64,000 nucleotides of DNA, from NCBI RefSeq assembly GCF_009914755.1, contig NC_060934.1; one strand, 5' to 3'. Shown piece after piece: positions 57,931 to 64,000 of the stretch (the stretch's first letter is position 1; each line of letters starts with the position of its first letter). The translations under genes and the position numbers were made by a program. Source of the DNA: the human T2T-CHM13v2.0 reference genome, Homo sapiens. The notes under the pieces were generated by a model. The model worked only from the letters and a program-made list of their open reading frames with translations. It had not been told where the DNA came from and did not search any database.

Positions 57931-59144
57931 TAATAGTTACTATTTATTGAACCCTTGCTATATGACAGATATAATCCTAATACTTAACATTCATTATCGT
58001 GTTGAATCAGTAACCACCCAACAGAGGTGTTTTCCGTTTCTTCAGATGATGATATAGAGACTCAAGCCATGAAGATGATATTTAAACTCAAGTAGCCTAA
58101 TGCCAAAGATCCAGCTCTTCTTCACTAACGAGAATTTAACCCATTTTCATTCAGCAGTTCTTTGTGTGATAGGCCACTCTCCTAAGGGTTGCAGATTCCG
58201 AGCTGAACAAGGATACCTGGCTCCTGCCCTCAGTGCATAGTGGAGGAAGCGAGAAGCTGGGGAACCTGAGGCTCAAAACAGGAAGGCCCAACTCACCTGG
58301 CTTATGGATGAGAGGTTGGGTAGCTGTGGAGAAGATTGGCTAAGCTGATTAGAACAGAATGTTGTCTCACCCTTCATTGCCAGCAGGGGGCAGCAGTTCC
58401 CCAGGAAGACCGTGTCTGGGCCTATGCACGCTTGGGCCTCCTACTTGGAGGTGCCGACACATTCTGGTACATGGGGCCTCAGAGTCTCACAGGCCTTTGG
58501 CTGTGTTTTCCCCACCTCCACACACATTACAGTGCTTAACAGTTCAAGGCCCTCCATCTCCGTGTGCTCAGTAAAGGGAAGGAGGCTTTACAGAGCACAT
58601 ACAGGGCAGACTGCTCTGCCTCCCAAAGGGAGGCAATTTAAACATGTCCCATTCTGTTTTGTATCGGTTGGAAGCGCTGATAAAAGGTTTACTAGCATGC
58701 ACTTGAAGATGGAGTTCAGATATCCAGGACGCTCCAGGCTTTGACCCGCGATGGTGAGCAAGGGTTCCTCTTCCTTTTCCTATGCTGGGCTTCTCAGTCA
58801 GTTTCATCACAAAAGGTGAAAGGTAGCTAGTAGTGACACATTCCAGCACCAGAAGAATTTCTAGAAATTATTGTCTAAGGGTCTTTAATTTCCAGCCCAT
58901 AGTTGCCTTTGATTCCTATTAACGACATGTATGGACACCTACTAAAGAACTAGCCTGGAGCTGAGGACACAGAAATGACTAAGTCCAAGCTTTCAGTGCC
59001 CTCCTACATAAATGTGAGTAATTGGATGTGATGCCTAGTCCAGAAGTCATAGCCAGAGGCCCTCAGATATGCATCCTTTGCCAAAATAGCTGGACCCTCT
59101 GGGTGTTCTAGAAATTTGAATTAGTAGTCAACAGTTAAAAATCA

Positions 59145-59390
<246 letters not shown>

Positions 59391-60442
59391 AAAAATCAGA
59401 AGAGCTCACATAAAAATATATAATCCTGGCTTCTCTTGAAAAACAGAGAGAATGCTGGCTCTTGATTACAAGATGAAATAAATGTCTTAGAAATGTGGGA
59501 AAACTCATTGGCATAGGTCAAGTCCAGCCCCCTCTCAGTGCAGAGGAGAATAGAACTCTAGTCTCATTCTGTACCTTCTGTGGTTTATTCTTATTCTTCC
59601 TTGTTCAGACCTGTGCATCTAACACTAGTTTATATTGAATGGGCTGAACTTGCTCAGATTCATTAAGAAATTCTGTCTCTCTATTGCTGCCCTGCAATGT
59701 GCTATTCCTGAGCTCCCCTCCCTATCCCTGAACAGCCCAGTTGATTTTTTTGCCGTAACCAATCCAATTCCAATCTCGCTTTTCAATTAAAAGTTTCTCT
59801 CCCTCTTTTACTTCAGGCCTGCTTAAGATGAAGTCCAGCCATGGGAAGGGGTATGTGATCTGTTTTTTTCCCTTTTCCCAGGTCTTTCCTTACTCACCTA
59901 CCCAATGCTTACTGCTGGCTTCTTCAAGCTAGAATCAGGGAAAGATGAGATAATAGAAAACAAGATTTTTATTGTTACCTGACTAGTGCTGAGGACTTGT
60001 AAACTCCTGGTATTCCCTATGGGAAAGCATACGATTGCTAGCTCTCTCATTTAGCACACACAAATGGACTGAACGTTCCAAAAAAAAAAATCAGCATATA
60101 CCATCTGACAGTGGCAAGCTACTATGCAGGCAATGAGGCATGAATTAAACAGCATTGAGTATCTAGTAAGGCTTCCCTCAGTGGCTTCAAGTCATCCCTG
60201 GAGTCTGCTCACAAGCTGTTCTCTTTGCCTCTGCATTCTCCATTCAGCACTTGTTGGAGTCTCTCTTTTCTTTGTCTCTCTGTACCTACAGCCTAAGGCT
60301 CCTAAATGACAGCACAATGAGCAAAGGGTCATGGAAACTCAGTATCTTTCTTCCTGTCTGAATCACAGCTTTGCTAAGCAAACCTTGACATTTTTATATC
60401 TTCATTCTGCAGATATCATCAGAGTATCCCAGCCTTTTTACA

Positions 60443-60603
60443 ACCTTGCTATGCAAAGAATGGTCCCTGGCCCAGCACCTTGAGATCATCTGGGAGTATG
60501 TAAGAAATGCCAAAATTCCGGCCTCACCTCCAAACTACTAAATCAGAGTGCAAATTTATCAGATCGCAGGGTGACTCACATGAGGAATGTTTGAGAAGCA
60601 CTC
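60443..60603. mobile_element. MER5A-like hAT MITE
   Basis: tggtccctggcccagca...tttgagaagcact pattern. Confidence 0.6.
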
Positions 60604-61482
60604 TTTACAAGATTCTAATTCTATATATTAAACGTATTTTTCATATTTGTAGTAAATTTCATCAAAACAATTCCAAACTCTTTCCTCACATTTCCTCAGA
60701 AATCTCAGTGGACTCTTGTCTAGGATTCCTCTCAGTTGACAATCACTTTTTGTGAAGGGAACAGTAAAAACTGCCAAGCCCAATTACATGTGCAGTTGTT
60801 GGAGTTACTTTAAAACATACTAACATGTTGCTGTTGGCAGCTGAGGCAGAATAAAAGGGAGAGGCAACTAGAGATTCCATCAAGTCTTCATGAATTCCTT
60901 ACCTCTTTCTTCCTAGAACTTCTCTTCACATACAAAATAGATATAGGGTATCAGGGCCAGTTTGGCTTTGACTTTCACTTCTCTTCCTCCTAATTGCCCT
61001 TCACCGCCTCCAAGACTCCCTCAGTGAACTTTCTTAAATGAACTGCAAGCCTATTGGGCCATGAATAGATCCTGAATTTCTGCTGGATGACAACAGGTTT
61101 GGTTTTGCTGCAGGGATGGTGACCTTATTCTGACTTTAGAAAGATTATAAAAACAAGAGAAGGTTGTGTTAGTGGTATTGGACTTTACTTACTAAGTGCT
61201 CCATTTTGTGGGAAATTACCAGAGACCTTTTGGTGGATTGCTACCAAAAACTACAAATGTCACTTTTAATATGCTTGCATCTTTGGTTGGTTTTATGTTC
61301 AGGAAAACAACTTCATCTCTGTGATCCTTTCTATTTGCCATGGTAAAAACTCTCCTGTCCTCTAACCCTACCAAACATATCATGCAAAAGCAATACAAAA
61401 CCTACACAGAAAGTTATGATTAATCAAAAGTTGCTTGAGAAGCATAGATTTAGTTCAAAGAAGTACTGATAGCATATGGAAC

Positions 61483-63299
61483 TGTCATAAGATCCTTAGG
61501 GTGTCACTTTTCCAGCCAGAAGCCTGTGTGGCTGTTGGCACCTTTGCCTGAGCTTTACTCAGGCCTGCTGGGCTTGTTTTGCCCACTTGGCCTGGCAGGC
61601 TGTGCTTGGCTCATGCTAACCAACCAGATCCCACGCCTCCAAGGTCCAGCCAGGTGTAGAGTGGTGAGAGGTGCATAAGCAAGTGAGTGTGGGGTCCAGC
61701 CACTGTGGAGAGTCAGCAAGCCAGCTGCTCTGGTGGGGTGGGCAGCTGCAGGCACCAGTACAGATGCCAGTTCTGTGCAAGCCTACTGCTGGATCAGATG
61801 CACCACAAGCAGCTTCTCCTATGGACACCCAAGTCTGGATAAGGGGAGTGTGCTGGCATCCAGAAACTTGGAGAAGCCAGAAACCACAGTGCCCCAAAGA
61901 GGGTGGCACAGCCCTGGCTTGGGGAGCCTCTAGGTTTGGGCTCCTGGAAGGGCCTCTGCTCTTCTCTGCTGCCCTTCTCTCCTTCTCATTGCTGGCAACA
62001 TGGCAAGCAGGGGGGGTGGTAGGGGCATGTTTCAGCCCTATTTGTGTTACAGCTCTTTCAGTCCCACCATTCAGGGGGTCCTGAGTTCTTGTCCCACATC
62101 CAGGAAGAATGAAATATGTAGACGACTGGAGGGTGAGCAAGGTGAAGAAGTCCTTTATTGAGCAACAGTACAGCTCTCAGGAGACCCAAAGTGGGTAGCT
62201 CCTTTCCACAGGCAGGTTGTCCCAACAAGTGATCAGCCCTCAGTGGAGAGGAGACCCCCAGTGGGTAGCTCCTATCTTCAAGCAGATTGTCCCAATGAGT
62301 GTGCAGCTCAGTGGAGAGCAGACCTGGAGTGGGTAGCTCCTATCCACAAGCAGGTAATCCCAAGTGTGCAGCCCTCAGCAGGGAGGAAACCTGGAGTGGG
62401 TAGCTTCTATTCACAGGCAGGTTGTCCTGACAAGTGTGCAGCCCTCAGCAGAGAGGACACCCAGAGTGGGTAGCTCCTATCCGTAGGCAGGTCATCCTGA
62501 CATCTGTCCCAGTCTGGCTGAGTCCTGGGTTTTTATGGGCTCATAAGGGAGGAAGTGTATGCTGATTGGTCCATGGGCGGCCATGGGTGGGCCCAGAAAA
62601 AGCACCATAAGTTCTCACTCTGGGCTGTGGACACCACCTGGAACTGACAGGTTGGCCCCCAGGCTTCAGGCCCTCCCTGGCTTCAAGGTGGTGCTTCACT
62701 GGGACTGCCCCTTTCTGCCCAGGGGCCTATCTGCTTCCTGCTGCCATCTGCGTGTCATCCACGGCCCCTGGGCTGTTTGTGCTGAGGGGAACCCACAGGC
62801 CCATGCTAAGCAACCCTCAGCACCATCCTCTTCAGCCTCCCTCCCATGCTCATTGGCCCCCAAAGTCTGGAGGAGGCCCAGGCAGCAGGGGGCTGGCATG
62901 TTGGTGCCACCCTGAGCACATCCACACCTAACCAGGTCACAGCAGCACCTAGGCTTGGCCACAACTTTGTTCTGGAGTGGGTGCCAGGAGCAGGGAGAGG
63001 CCAGGCAGTAGGAGCAGGCACTTCTGAGCTTGCAGGGGTGAGGGGAAAGGAGTGGGGTGCAGGGGGTTGGGGAGTGGGGGCCATGGGGTCCTGGGCCCCC
63101 AAACTGCAGGGATGCCTAGGTCTGCAGCTACAGCTGGGCAGCTGTAGCTGTGCCTGGGAGGGTGGGGCTCCTGACCTGCCAACTCGGAAGGGGACAGGGC
63201 TCCCACCATCTCCATGGAGTACACAGTCCTGGTCACACCTCCCCTGGTGCAGCTGGCGTCTTCGCAGAGGCCACTCCAGATGGGCCGCTGCTGCCATCA
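61483..63299 (-). mobile_element. MER52-family ERV1 solo LTR (~1.8 kb) with internal ~70-bp tandem repeats
   Basis: Minus strand starts TGATGGCAGCAGCGGCCCATCTGGAG and ends ...TGACA; flanks GAAC/GAAT; repeats GAGTGGGTAGCTCC at about 62170-62500. Confidence 0.85.
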
Positions 63300-63708
63300 G
63301 AATCAGTAAACATATCCTTTTGTGGAAAATCATTTTTGAACAGTGTATAAGTAGCTTTCAGCTACATAAACCAAGTGATACAGAAAAGATGCTTTTGTTC
63401 TTTGGGACTTGAATTGGAATTATTTTACTTTCCTTTTACATTTTTAAAATGTTGTTCATAGGGTCAATTAATATCTAGTGAGTATTGATAATATGCAGTC
63501 TAGTTTCTAACACTGGGAAAGATTGGAAACTCATAAAAGATGTTGTCCATGGTGCTTGACTATAGACAAACATTTTCCATTGGCTCCTCCTAAATTGCAA
63601 GTTCTCCAATCTTTGCTGTGTTCAGACTTGTAAAATAGCTCACTAGTTAATGAGAGAGACCTCAACATGAGAGAACTAAAAACCAAAGAAGATGCTATGT
63701 TATTATTA

Positions 63709-64000
63709 CAGGTGGAGCATCCATTATCCAAAAATCCAAAATCCAAAATGCTCCGGGATTCAAAGCATTTTTGGGCCAACATGAAAAATTCCATTCTGAC
63801 CTCATGTGACAAGTTGCAATCAAAATGCATGTGTACAACACACAGTTTATTCAGCGTCCCTAAGAAAGAACCTCCCAGCCCCCTTCAGCTGTGATGTATG
63901 TTTTCTACATATGATATATGTTTTCTATCCTCAGATTCTCACATAAAAAATACCTTGTACAGTAACTTTTTAATCAAAACACAGCATCGTAGGTGGAGAC
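63709..64000 (+). mobile_element. Tigger4 (Zombi)-like DNA transposon, runs off the window
   Basis: TA|CAGGTGGAGCATCC...AAAATCCAAAATGCTCC. Confidence 0.75.

Noticed and set aside
61555-63412. Long ORFs and ~70-bp spaced repeats resembling a gene or CRISPR-like array
   Set aside because: All lie within the MER52 LTR; the repeat units are homologous along their whole length with no unique spacers.

Overview
Human genomic DNA (chr10q23.31) carrying two minus-strand cholesterol genes in tandem. CH25H is intronless (CDS 4371-5189, 272 aa). LIPA is complete: a non-coding exon 1 near 49586-49640 and nine coding exons summing to exactly 1200 nt (399 aa + stop), all with GT-AG boundaries. This haplotype encodes Pro16 in the LIPA signal peptide (T16P) and has the normal c.894G. 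Most of the rest is repeats: Alus, a 5'-truncated L1PA-type insertion, a full-length Tigger2, a two-LTR THE1 element just upstream of LIPA, MER52, MER2 and MADE1. The most unusual structure is a ~175-bp, ~94% identical inverted repeat in LIPA intron 8 (15034-15209 / 15617-15791) that I cannot assign to a known repeat. Each arm carries a near-consensus CTCF motif. On the LIPA sense strand the base of the predicted RNA stem covers a consensus 5' splice site of a candidate 61-nt stop-containing (poison) exon. All functional interpretations are hypotheses made without database access.
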